From Williopsis jadinii (Eukaryota), in NCBI GenBank assembly GCA_024346625.1, contig AP024664.1, positions 4,030,001-4,094,000 of the forward strand: 64,000 nucleotides of DNA, given 5' to 3'. Below the pieces are notes generated by a model, which searched no databases, was not told the origin of the DNA, and saw nothing but the letters and a program-made list of their open reading frames with translations. Position 1 is the stretch's first letter. Each line of letters begins with the position of its first letter. Shown here piece by piece: positions 8,938 through 19,200 of this stretch. The position numbers and the translations under genes were made by a program.

Positions 8938-10815
8938 ATGCTATCATCACAGGCTTCCAACGCTATCGCATACGTCACCTACGGTGTTCTGTTCTTCTCT
9001 GCCCTTGCGGTGGCCTTCTACGTGAGAGACAAGGACACCTTCTTGTCTGCCAACAGAACGTCTAGAGGTATCCCTCTGGCGTTCAACTTCGTCGCTTCTG
9101 GTGAGTAACTGTCACAGGGCTTTTCCTGCTTTTCTTCCCTTCTCTACTGTCCTCTGCTAGTGAGTATGTATACGGTTGTTGATGCTGTTGCTGTCTTACG
9201 ACACATCGACACAGCAACAAGCACTTTGAACCGGTGTCCCTTGCGTGAGGATTCATAGAGAAGCTCGCGGTGCTTCGCTTCACTGAGGCTGCTGTTGGTG
9301 TTGATGCAGGCGTGGGACATAATACCACACCGTCATAGGCAGCATCAGCACCACACCAGCCAGCTAGAAGTGGAAGCACTGGAGCCTGTACTTCATTATC
9401 TGCTGAAACTAACGTCGTCGACAGGTGTCGGTTGTGGTATCTTGTCCACGTACCCCCAGGTTGCCAACATTGCCGGGCTACAGGGCCTGCTAGTGTATGC
9501 GCTTGCTGGTGGGCTGCCAATGTTCCTGTTCTCATTCTTTGGCCCAATCATCCGTAGAAAGTGTCCACATGGCTTCGTGCTCACAGAGTGGGTGTTCCAG
9601 AGATTTGGTACAATCACAGGGTTGTACCTCTCAGCTTGTACGATTCTGACGCTTTACCTCTTCATGGTTAGTGAAGTTGCATCCTTACAGTATGCGTACA
9701 ACACCTTGACAGGCTTGGACGCTTTGCCTCCAATCATCGTGCAATGTGTTGTCACTTCCATCTACACCGCAGTTGGAGGGTTCAAGGTGAGTTTCATCAC
9801 TGATACTTTACAAATCAGCGCAGTGTTCCTCTTCATCATCATCGTTTCGTGTGCCGTGGGTAGCTACGTCCACATTGACACTTCGCAAATCGCAGAGTCT
9901 GGGCTGCTTAAGTCGACCAAGCTGGGCTGGCAATTGATCTATATCCTTGTTGTTGCCATCTTCACCAACGACATGTTCATGGCTGGGTTTTGGTTGCGTA
10001 CCTTTGCTGCGAAGACCGATAAAGACTTGTGGATTGGATGCTCTCTCGCAGCTTTCATTTTGACATGTATCGTCACCATCGTTGGTGTTGCCGGTATGAT
10101 TGCTGTCTGGGCAGGTTTGGTTCCAGTTGGTGACTATGAGTCGTCTGCCTCTGTGTTCCTCATCTTGCAGACGATTCCAAACTGGGTCTCTGGCTTCACA
10201 TTGGTGTTTGTCATCTGTATCTCTGTGTGTACTTTGGATTCTTTGCAGTCTGCCATGTGTTCCACGATCTCGAACGATATCTTCAGAAACAAGATCCATA
10301 TCATGTGGTGTCGTGCCATCGTGTGTCTTATCATCATCCCAGTTATCGTTGTTGGTGTGAAAGTTGCCGATGATGTGCTCCAGATTTACTTCATCGCCGA
10401 TCTGCTCTCAAGTGCCGTGATCCCAATCATCATGTTGGGGCTCTGGGATAAGCTGTACTTCCTCACCGGGTATGAAGTCATAGCTGGTGGTTTAGGTGGA
10501 CTGCTCACCGTTTTCATCTTTGGCTGTATCTTTTACGGCAACGCCCAAGACGGAGGCAGACTGCTTCTGATTTGGTATGGTATCTACGGAGATGATTGGT
10601 CGGCATTCGGTGCCTTTGTTGCTGCGCCAGTTGGTGGTCTCCTCTCCAGTGCCATCATGCTGGCCGTTAGACTCACAGTTCTCAAGATATACTCCCTTGC
10701 TACTGGAGCTCCATTCACGGCTCTGGACAAGCCAGAGCCTTCGACCGTGGAGCAGGACGTCATCACCGTTTCCGTTGAGGATGAAGAGTCCATTGTAAAG
10801 ACCAAGTCGAGCTGA
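8938..10815 (+). CDS. DUR31: Sodium:solute symporter family, Dur31-type (thiamine/polyamine) transporter; join(8938..9100,9425..10815)
   Basis: Exon 1 MLSSQASNAIAYVTYG...FNFVAS; GTGAGT donor 9101, branch AACTAAC 9407-9413, CAG ending 9424; phase-1 join gives FNFVASGVGCGIL; many TM segments and TLDSLQSA motif. Confidence 0.85.
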
Positions 10816-11102
10816 TCCAGCCTGTGGAATCCCTTTCCTCAAGCGTGGCATCCACTCCACAATGCATCGTTCAAACATTCGTCTTCTACGTTTTACCCAC
10901 CCTCTCAGTTACTGCTTGCTCCTTCTTTTCGTCTAATATCTTCACTAATTCATCTTCTTTCCCTTAACACACGGTGATCAGTAGGCGAAACCGAGCCCAA
11001 ACACGGCTTCAGCCTCTGCAGTTTTGGCCTAAATACAACAGCGCTGCGTATGTCGGACTTGTCGGACTTGTCGGCCCATCGCCGGCACGCTCTCGGACTT
11101 AA

Positions 11103-11142
11103 TTACGTAAGCAGCCCATCCCATTACGTAATATCTTAGTCA
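11103..11142. promoter_or_regulatory. bZIP (Yap-type) site cluster upstream of CYC3
   Basis: TTACGTAA 11103-11110 and 11124-11131; TTAGTCA 11136-11142. Confidence 0.5.
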
Positions 11143-11269
11143 GCGCGCACTTTCTCCTCCGCCCGGGCTTCCAGAGCCCACAGGGCTCGCAACTTTTTTC
11201 TTTCTTTCCACTTCTTCCTCCTGTTCAACAGTACAAGCTCGCCCAAGAGGCCGGTAATATCATAGAACG

Positions 11270-12152
11270 ATGGGCTGGTTCTGGGCAGACTCTGGTGATT
11301 CACCAAAGAACACAAGCGACGGTGTAAGTTATCGTGTTTCTGCGTATGAATATGGTGTAAGAGGCCTTAGAATGACTAACCAATATGGGTAAGGCTACAT
11401 GTCCCGTTAACCATAAGGCATCGGCAGCAGCAGTGTGTCCTGTTAAGCCTAAGAAGGACGTTGCTAAGAGTGAGCTTCCTGCCGTGTGTCCGATGAAGAA
11501 GGATGGCGGTGAGACGCTGAACCCCCTGAACAACATGCCACACGTGATCTCTGACAGGAAGATGCCTGGCCAGAAGCTGGACCTGCCAACGGAGAGAACG
11601 TTCTCCACGATTCCAAGAGGAGAAGATGAGAACGAAGGCGTGTGGGAGTACCCTTCGCCACAGCAGATGTTCAACGCTATGCTCCGTAAGGGCAAAGCGG
11701 AAGATATCCCTGAAGACGCCGTTGAGAGCATGGTTGACGTGCACAACTTTCTGAACGAGGGTGCATGGCAGGAGATCCTGGAATGGGAAAGACCATACAT
11801 TGAGAAGTTCAAGAAGCATCCACGTCTTGCACAGTTCACAGGCAGACCTGACGACCTGTCACCAAGAGCCCGTATGTATCTCCAGCTCTCCAAGGTGTTC
11901 CCGGAAACCTTCAATCCACAGCCTCCGTTTGACAGACACGACTGGTATGTCCTGAGACCAAACGACAAGGATGGCTGGGATCAGGTTAGATATGTCATTG
12001 ATTACTACGGAGGACCAGACGATGAGCATGGGATGCCAACGTTCTTCCTGGACGTGAGACCTGGCCTGGATAACTTTACCAACGCCAAAGATCGCTTTGT
12101 ACATTGGTCTAAGCCGTTATGGGACAAGGCCATGGGTAAGGACCAGTCGTAA
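11270..12152 (+). CDS. CYC3: Holocytochrome c synthase (heme lyase); join(11270..11323,11394..12152)
   Basis: Exon 1 MGWFWAD (Cyc3-type N-terminus); GTAAGT donor 11324, branch GACTAAC 11374-11380, AAG acceptor ending 11393; CPV/CPV/CPM motifs, [27 protein letters not shown]. Confidence 0.93.
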
Positions 12153-12443
12153 TGGTGATATCCATGCTGAGGCTTATTGGCTCCGGAATGAAGATCAAAT
12201 TGCTCAACTCTCTTGTCCATAATATCCGCACGCAGTTTGCTTCTCTGGAGCCTTTTGAGGGGGCTTCTCGTCTTATATTCTTCTTAGCATTCCGTATAGG
12301 TGTATACGGGTGTGTGTGTCGCTTTGATTTTGATTTTGAAATGACGTTGCCTTGTCTGATCAAATTCTGTAGAAATTCTATATACATGGACTGTATTGTT
12401 GCTATACAATCTGTTGTCTTTATATATATATGTGTGTACGACT

Positions 12444-14543
12444 TCAGCCTTGAAGATACTCTGGAAGTTGAAGATCCATCTGTCTCTCCAAGTCCTTGAT
12501 AACCTCTGAAGTTTTGGAAGAGATGACGGACTTCATCTTGTGTCTGGCGATGAAATCAACCACCTGTTCAGCAAGCTCTCTGTCTCTTCTGCTCTTTGCA
12601 GCAGTCAACAAGAAGTAGATGGAGAAACGGTTCAAAAGTGCTGGAGTCTCCTCCAAGGATGACAGCCATGACTTCAACTCCTCGGTCTTGCCATTTCTCG
12701 ACAACCCTTTGAACAATGCAGCCCAGTGGGACGCAGTGACCCTGTATCTCTCGTTGAGGAATTCTCTGAACAAGTCTTCACCTTCAGAAGGACGGCCAGC
12801 TTCGAATTCAGAGGTGATCAAGGAGATGTACGACACTGGCGATGCCATTTTCTTAGCTTGTAAGTAACTGAAGAAAGACTCTGCAGCCTCAACTGAGCCG
12901 TTCTTGGCCAAGTTGTCCATAATCGCAGTGAATGTGAACTGGTTTGGTTTGATTCCGTTCTGTGCCAATTCTTCAAAGAAGAGCTCAAAGGCATGGTCTG
13001 TAAAGACTTCGCCTCTGGATGCAAGTTCCTTCAAGTTATGATCCATGACGATGGTATATGTGGCGATGTCAGGCTTGATTCCTTCACGTTTCATGTCTTT
13101 CATCAACTCTGGGATCTTTTCAGAATGGCCCTGTCTCAATGCTGCGGCCAAAACCATGTTGTAGGATGTTTGGTTGAGTTGAATGTTTCTCTTCTTCAAA
13201 GTTGTGAGGAACTGTTCAACTACTGAGAAATCACCTCTACTTGCAAGTGATTGTAGATAAGCCTGGGATACAATCGAGATATCCATCTTATCCTTTGCAA
13301 TCTCTTCAACCTTTTCGAACTCTTTCAGAGTTGTGTAGACTCTGATCAAAGTAGCAAAAGTCTGGTCGTCTGGCGATGGGATCTTGCTCTTCACGTATTC
13401 AACCTGTCCCAATCTCTTTGCGAATGGGCCACGGGTTTTGGACACTGTAACAAGCAAGTTGTTCCAAGCATTAGTAGATGGATGAATACCAGAGTTGATC
13501 AAGGTGTTCCAGATCCCCTGTGCCTCAGATGTCAGGTTCAGAGTGTTAAACATCTTCATGAATGCAACCATGGTGTCTTCGGTGATCTTCTTGCCGTTGA
13601 GCTCGGAAGCCTTACGGATGTTGTTCCAGGTCTGATGGACTGTTCTAGTTTCACCGAGTTCTGAAGCACGCATAGCTTCTACAATCAGTGAAGTTGCATT
13701 TGGATCAACAGAGAACAAGAACAGCCCGTCCAAGGCGTTGCTCAGTGGCTTGAATCTTGGGTCACTTTGTGGGATAACAGTGTTGAGAGAGGACTTCAAA
13801 GTGTGAACTCTTGGTAAGGACTTCACTTGCAGTAACTGTTGGAGTTTCTCCAGCTCTGGCTCTGACTTTTGGGAGATACAAAGGTCCAAGTAGGCAATCG
13901 TGACGAGTGAATAGAATGGCAGCAGCGAGATGAAGCTTCTCTTGCTGTCAACGTTATTCTCCAAGTATGTGACCCACAACGACATTGCGTTTGAGCTATC
14001 ACCTTCAGCCAGCAGCTGCGACACCACGTAGACGTAGTGCGAAGGCAGCGCAACGTTATGAGAGATGGCCTTCTTCAGCACCGCCAATGGAGAGATTGGC
14101 ACCCTCTGCTGGTTAACATCGTTGGCCTCCTTCGTTGCTTTCTCCATGATCGAAGTGATGGAGTCCTTAAAGGACTCAGCAACCAAGTAGCTTGTTCTTG
14201 GGACTCTTGGAAGAGCCTCCACCTGTTTGAAGAAGAGCTCCGCAACAGTGTTGGACAAAACACCGGCCTGGATCTCTTTGGAAACCTCTTCATTGATGGC
14301 CTTAATCTGTAGCAGCAGTTTCTCCTTCTTTTCAGCGTTAATCTTCGCATAGTCAGGCTTCGTCTGCTTCTTCTCAACATTCACCTCTGGCGATGAGCCA
14401 CCAGCAACAACCTCGCCTTCCCGTTGAGCAGGCGCCGAGTGTTGCAAGCGAACCACAACAGTGGTTCCCAGGCGAGCCAAAGGGTACCTGGACGATCTGG
14501 CAACTTGTGGAAGCGCACGCAGCGCTCTCGAATATGGCAGCAT
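12444..14543 (-). CDS. Mitochondrial pentatricopeptide-repeat (PPR) protein
   Basis: Arg-rich presequence; PPR-like units GIHPSTNAWNNLL, GIKPDIATYTIVM, GIKPNQFTFTAIM; Puf3-type site in the 3' UTR. Confidence 0.85.
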   Translation of the reverse strand: MLPYSRALRALPQVARSSRYPLARLGTTVVVRLQHSAPAQREGEVVAGGSSPEVNVEKKQTKPDYAKINAEKKEKLLLQIKAINEEVSKEIQAGVLSNTVAELFFKQVEALPRVPRTSYLVAESFKDSITSIMEKATKEANDVNQQRVPISPLAVLKKAISHNVALPSHYVYVVSQLLAEGDSSNAMSLWVTYLENNVDSKRSFISLLPFYSLVTIAYLDLCISQKSEPELEKLQQLLQVKSLPRVHTLKSSLNTVIPQSDPRFKPLSNALDGLFLFSVDPNATSLIVEAMRASELGETRTVHQTWNNIRKASELNGKKITEDTMVAFMKMFNTLNLTSEAQGIWNTLINSGIHPSTNAWNNLLVTVSKTRGPFAKRLGQVEYVKSKIPSPDDQTFATLIRVYTTLKEFEKVEEIAKDKMDISIVSQAYLQSLASRGDFSVVEQFLTTLKKRNIQLNQTSYNMVLAAALRQGHSEKIPELMKDMKREGIKPDIATYTIVMDHNLKELASRGEVFTDHAFELFFEELAQNGIKPNQFTFTAIMDNLAKNGSVEAAESFFSYLQAKKMASPVSYISLITSEFEAGRPSEGEDLFREFLNERYRVTASHWAALFKGLSRNGKTEELKSWLSSLEETPALLNRFSIYFLLTAAKSRRDRELAEQVVDFIARHKMKSVISSKTSEVIKDLERQMDLQLPEYLQG

Positions 14544-15252
14544 CTGTAGCTCAGAGGATACTCAGCACAAACAACAGCAGACAAAGCGCAAAGAACCAGC
14601 GTTTGTATGCCTCTTTCAGCTCCTCTTCGCCGAGGACTCTGTGTGCTTCTTCGGACACTTTGACAGAGTTTTTCAGCGCCGGCGGGCTCAAGCTCTCGGG
14701 AACAACACCCGCACACCAGTGGTAGCTGCATCACAGCTTAGCTGCATGGAATTTTTCCCACATCCGAAGAAAGCTTCTATGGCCAAGTTGGTAAGGCGCT
14801 ACACTAGTAATGTAGCGATCCTCAGTTCGACTCTGAGTGGAAGCATCTTCTCTTTTTTGGTTCTGTGAGGAAAAGTAGAGAGGTCAAAGCTGGCGATTTG
14901 GGCTTTTTTTTGTTGGAGATCGAAGCAGGTATTCATATGGACCAAGGGCACTTGTATTGCTGTTTCCATCTCTGTCTCCCAGGCTGTGGTTGTAGAGCTG
15001 GTGATGCTAGTATGGGTGATGTTGTTGGTTTTGGTGGTGGATGCGCTTTTATGTCGATGAGTAGTGGTGGTTCGGGACACACAATGGAGCGATGTGCTAC
15101 TGGCGCACAGGCTCATTGGATGGAGACGGTGACGACGAGGTTGTGAGTGTTGGTCTGTGAGTGTTGGTCTGTGAATGTCTGTGGCTACAGCTGAGTGCGG
15201 GTGTAGGGGAATAAATAAGTGTGTGTATTGTGCTGTTCGAGAGACAGCACGC

Positions 15253-15921
15253 CTAAAACAGGCTCAGCCATGTAAAGTACTTGAACCATTTTGGCTCAAC
15301 CAGGATGCACTCGGCCCGTGCAATCTTGACGGGCTTGTCCGCCACCGTCTCGATGTGTCCATCGATGATCACCTTACGACCCTTGCTTTCCCTCACCTTG
15401 GCCTTGAGCACAATAGTCGAGTCTGGCTGGATGTGGTCCAGGAACTCGATGGAGAGCTTTGCCGTGACTCCCCGCTTACTAGGCAGGCATGGGAAGCCGC
15501 AGAAGCTCAGCGACTCGTCAATCATCGTGGAGAGCACTCCGTTATGGATCTTGCCGTCGTAGCTAGCCATCTTATCACCTATGTGGTAGTAAGCCTGCAA
15601 CTCGTTATCCTCGTTGTTGACAAACACCAGCGGGTCAATCTCCAGCTGCCGAGGTCCAAAGAACAGCCCCTGGCTCACGTACTGGTGTCTGTACGTCTTT
15701 GGAATCCTCGACGAGTGCGAATCAAATGCAAACTTCCGGTCGTTCACCAGCAGCTCGTACCCCTTCGTGTTCTTGATATCCTTGATGATATCCAATCTCT
15801 GCTCGTCAAGCGACCGAGTATTAACGGTTCTCGAGTCTTCCTTCCATGGCCTTGCAAACACTGCAAATCCGGTAGCAAACGCCGCAGTAGACAGCAAAGT
15901 CTTTCCTAAGAACGTACTCAT
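15253..15921 (-). CDS. Mitochondrial hotdog-fold thioesterase (Fmp10/Mrx3-like)
   Basis: GKIHNGVLSTMIDE and GVTAKLSIEF PaaI/4HBT-like motifs; N-terminal targeting/TM segment. Confidence 0.8.
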   Translation of the reverse strand: MSTFLGKTLLSTAAFATGFAVFARPWKEDSRTVNTRSLDEQRLDIIKDIKNTKGYELLVNDRKFAFDSHSSRIPKTYRHQYVSQGLFFGPRQLEIDPLVFVNNEDNELQAYYHIGDKMASYDGKIHNGVLSTMIDESLSFCGFPCLPSKRGVTAKLSIEFLDHIQPDSTIVLKAKVRESKGRKVIIDGHIETVADKPVKIARAECILVEPKWFKYFTWLSLF

Positions 15922-16108
15922 CCCTCAGTGTCCTTTGGTGAAGAGAGAAGTTGCCACTGCCTAAAGATGTCCTGTCCTGTCCCGTCCCCCCGCGCTGGAA
16001 GACTCTTGCTCTCTGTGTAAATTTCGTTTTTCCCCCTACTTTCCTCCCGCCCTCTGCGTAAAACCTGAGCCGATCGCCCTCATCCCTGCTGAACTTGTAC
16101 ACAAAAGC

Positions 16109-16150
16109 AATCGTAAACAATCGTAAACAATCGTAAACAAACGTAAACAA
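16109..16150 (+). repeat. 10-bp tandem repeat x4, each unit containing forkhead site GTAAACA
   Basis: aatcgtaaac aatcgtaaac aatcgtaaac aaacgtaaac aa, about 80 bp upstream of the VPS13 ATG. Confidence 0.85.
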
Positions 16151-16229
16151 GCACCGGCGGCTCAGCTTAGATAGAAACCATTGATAGTGTTATAGAGCTC
16201 ATATCGACTTGTTTTCCAGCTAAAGTGCT

Positions 16230-19200
16230 ATGCTTGAATCTCTAGTGGCCAGTATCCTCAACAGGTTTTTGGTACGTTGTCTTGTCTGCGCTGTTTGCTT
16301 GCTTGCTTGCTTTGCCTGCTCCCGTGTACTCGGGTCGCTTGATGAGGATGTTATACTAACAGGTGCACGCCTACTGTAGGGGAGTTACGTGGAGAACTTC
16401 GATCCGAAGCAGTTGAACATCGGCATATGGAGCGGTGATGTCAAGCTCAGAGACCTGCGGTTGAAGAAAGAGACGCTGGACAAGTTTGAACTGCCCTTGG
16501 ATGTGCACTTCGGCCACCTTGGTGAGCTGACACTGCAGATCCCCTGGGCCAATCTGAAGGCAAAGCCGGTCAAGGTGTTCATAGAGAACGTGTATCTGCT
16601 GGCGTCGCCCATCGCACAGGATACGTATGACGCCGAAGCAGAGCTGAAGCGAGAATTGGCCCTCAAGTTTGAGCGGTTGGCGGATCTGGAGATTAGACAG
16701 AGGGCCAAGCCGACCAATGCCATCTCGGAAGAGGACGCGGCGAAGAACGAGTCCTTCACTGAGAGCTTGGTGACAAAGATAGTTGATAACCTGCAGATTG
16801 AGATTAAGAACATCCACTTGAGATATGAAGATATGAATAACGTCTTTACTGACCATCCATATGCCCTGGGTGTGACTTTGGGGGAGTTATCTGCAATCTC
16901 AAGTGATGATAGTTGGATGCCAACTTTCATCTCTGTTTCGAGTAATTTGACAAACAAGCTGCTCACTTTGAAGTCGCTGTGTGCCTATTGGAATACCGAT
17001 AGTGAATCCATATTCTCAGAGGATCAGGATGAACTGTTGTCGAGGTTTAAGCAATCCTTGCTGTTGGAAGATGAGCATCGCCTTGATGATACCCAGTATA
17101 TCTTGAGGCCTGTTAGTGGAACAGGACATCTCACTGTCAACAAGCTCGGGTCCACAGAAACTCAGCCACACATAAAGGCTGAGGTCTTCTTTGAAGAGTT
17201 TTGTGTCGATTTGGATTCACATCAATACAGAGATGCACTATTCTCCGCTTCAAAGTTCCACTGGTATAAGAAGACACACAAGTTCAAACGGTTTAGACCA
17301 AATGTGCCAGTCGAAGGCCATGGTGAAGAATGGTTCCTTTATGCAGCACGCGCTGTCTTGAGTGAAATTCATGAAAGAAATTACAGATGGAGTTGGGATT
17401 TCCTCAAAGAAAGACGTGACAACAGAAAGGCCTATATCAAGCTTTGGAAAAAGAAATTACTCTTACCAGACATCTCTCAGGGACTTCCTGATGCATCGAG
17501 CAATGAAGAGTTGAGATCGTTAGAAGAAAAATTACCTTACGATGATATCAAGTTCTTCAGATCTTTGGCCAGGCTTGAACTTAGAAAAGAGAAGCTGGAA
17601 GAGGCAGAGGTATCTGGTGAGAAAACTCTGTCTGAGAAAAGCCAACAACAAGAACCTACTGGTGGCTGGTTATCGAGCTGGTGGGGTGGCTCCAACAACA
17701 AAAACTCTTCGGACAAGGACTTAGTCATGAGCGATGAGCAACGTGATGAACTTTATCAAGCAATCGAATTTGATGAAACCCGGGCATTGGCCGAAGCTGT
17801 GAATATACCAAGGGATCGAATCAAATTTGAATTGAATGCACAGTTGAAAAAAGGTGGATTCTCGATAAAGAACAGATCCACCAGAAAGGACCTCGCAAAT
17901 ATCGTATGGGAAGGGTGCGCCGCACAGCACTACCAGAGACCAGATTCGTTCTTATCCAATTTCACTTTACAGGAGTTCAAAATTGAAGATGGAACAGAAA
18001 CTACTCTCTACAAGAACTTGGTTAGTGTCAAACCTTTTAATTCTGATGTTGATGCAGAAGTAGTTTCAGACCCATTCTTCAGAGCTTCCTTTGAAAATAA
18101 CCCACTTGACCAGTCGGCAGACTCTTCTTTGAGCGTGAAATTGAGAAGTATGACCATTTTCTACCATGTTCAGCTCATCAATGAGATCATAAAGTTTTTC
18201 ACTCCTCCAAAGGACCATTTACACACCATCAATGCCATCATGGAACAGGCAGAAGCCACTGTTCATGGACTCACTGCTCAGACAAGAATGGGACTTGAGG
18301 CCATATGGGAAGATCACAAAACCATGAATACTAAATTGGATCTGCAAGCACCTTTGATCATTCTCCCATTGGACCCAAGTTCTTGGAGTTCACCTTGTGC
18401 TATCATTGATGCAGGTCATATCAGTGTCCTCAGTGACTTGGCTGATAAAGACAAAGCTAAAGAAATTAAGGATTTAAGCCCTGAGGAATTTGCCAAGATT
18501 GATGTTGAAGAGTTGAAGACCCTTATGTATGATAGGTTTGATTTACACTTACAGGATACTCAAATCCTTGTCGGTCCAACTATCAAGTCCACGATCGAAC
18601 AGCTTCACTCGAACAAAGACACGCCATCATTGATCTTGGATAAATTAGATATGAAGCTGGTGTTGGAACTTTCAATCATGCCTAGTGCATCTAACTTGGC
18701 TAAGATTAGAACTACGGCAAGTTTGCCAAATTTCACTGCCAAGATGAATGATTACCAATACAAGATAATGATGCAGTTGATTGATAAATGCATTCCCGAT
18801 TTTGGTGGAGGTGAAGATGTTGGTGGTAGTGATTGTGGAAATGAGTCATTCGCTGTTCCTTTGAGTATCGGTGTACTGGATGACGCTGCCTCTATTGATA
18901 CGGAAATTCCAGAGGTGAGCTCTTCTTCAATTCAAAGTGGTTCCAGGGCTCCAACGCTCAATCTGCATGAGAATCAACACATTTTCGAATTTTTCTTCAA
19001 TGTGGATAGAGTCCAGTTATCCCTTTCAAAGTGTACAGATGGTAAAACCATGGAATCTGATCAGATTGTTGATATCATTGCAGAGAAGTTTGTTCTTGAG
19101 TTCTTGAAACTGACCAAAGATATGCATGTTGATTTGACCCTTGGTACGTTCAATATTGAGGATTGGATTGAAAACAGTGGGACTGAGGAGTTCAAGAAGA

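Noticed and set aside
9160..9330. Calling a canonical TPP riboswitch feature in the DUR31 intron
   Set aside because: The essential CUGAGA junction and an intact P4/P5 arm are not visible; kept only as a hypothesis in findings
14799..15146. Overlapping 105-aa (-) and 93-aa (+) ORFs between the PPR and thioesterase genes
   Set aside because: Low-complexity, no recognisable motif or splice signals; a small real gene cannot be excluded
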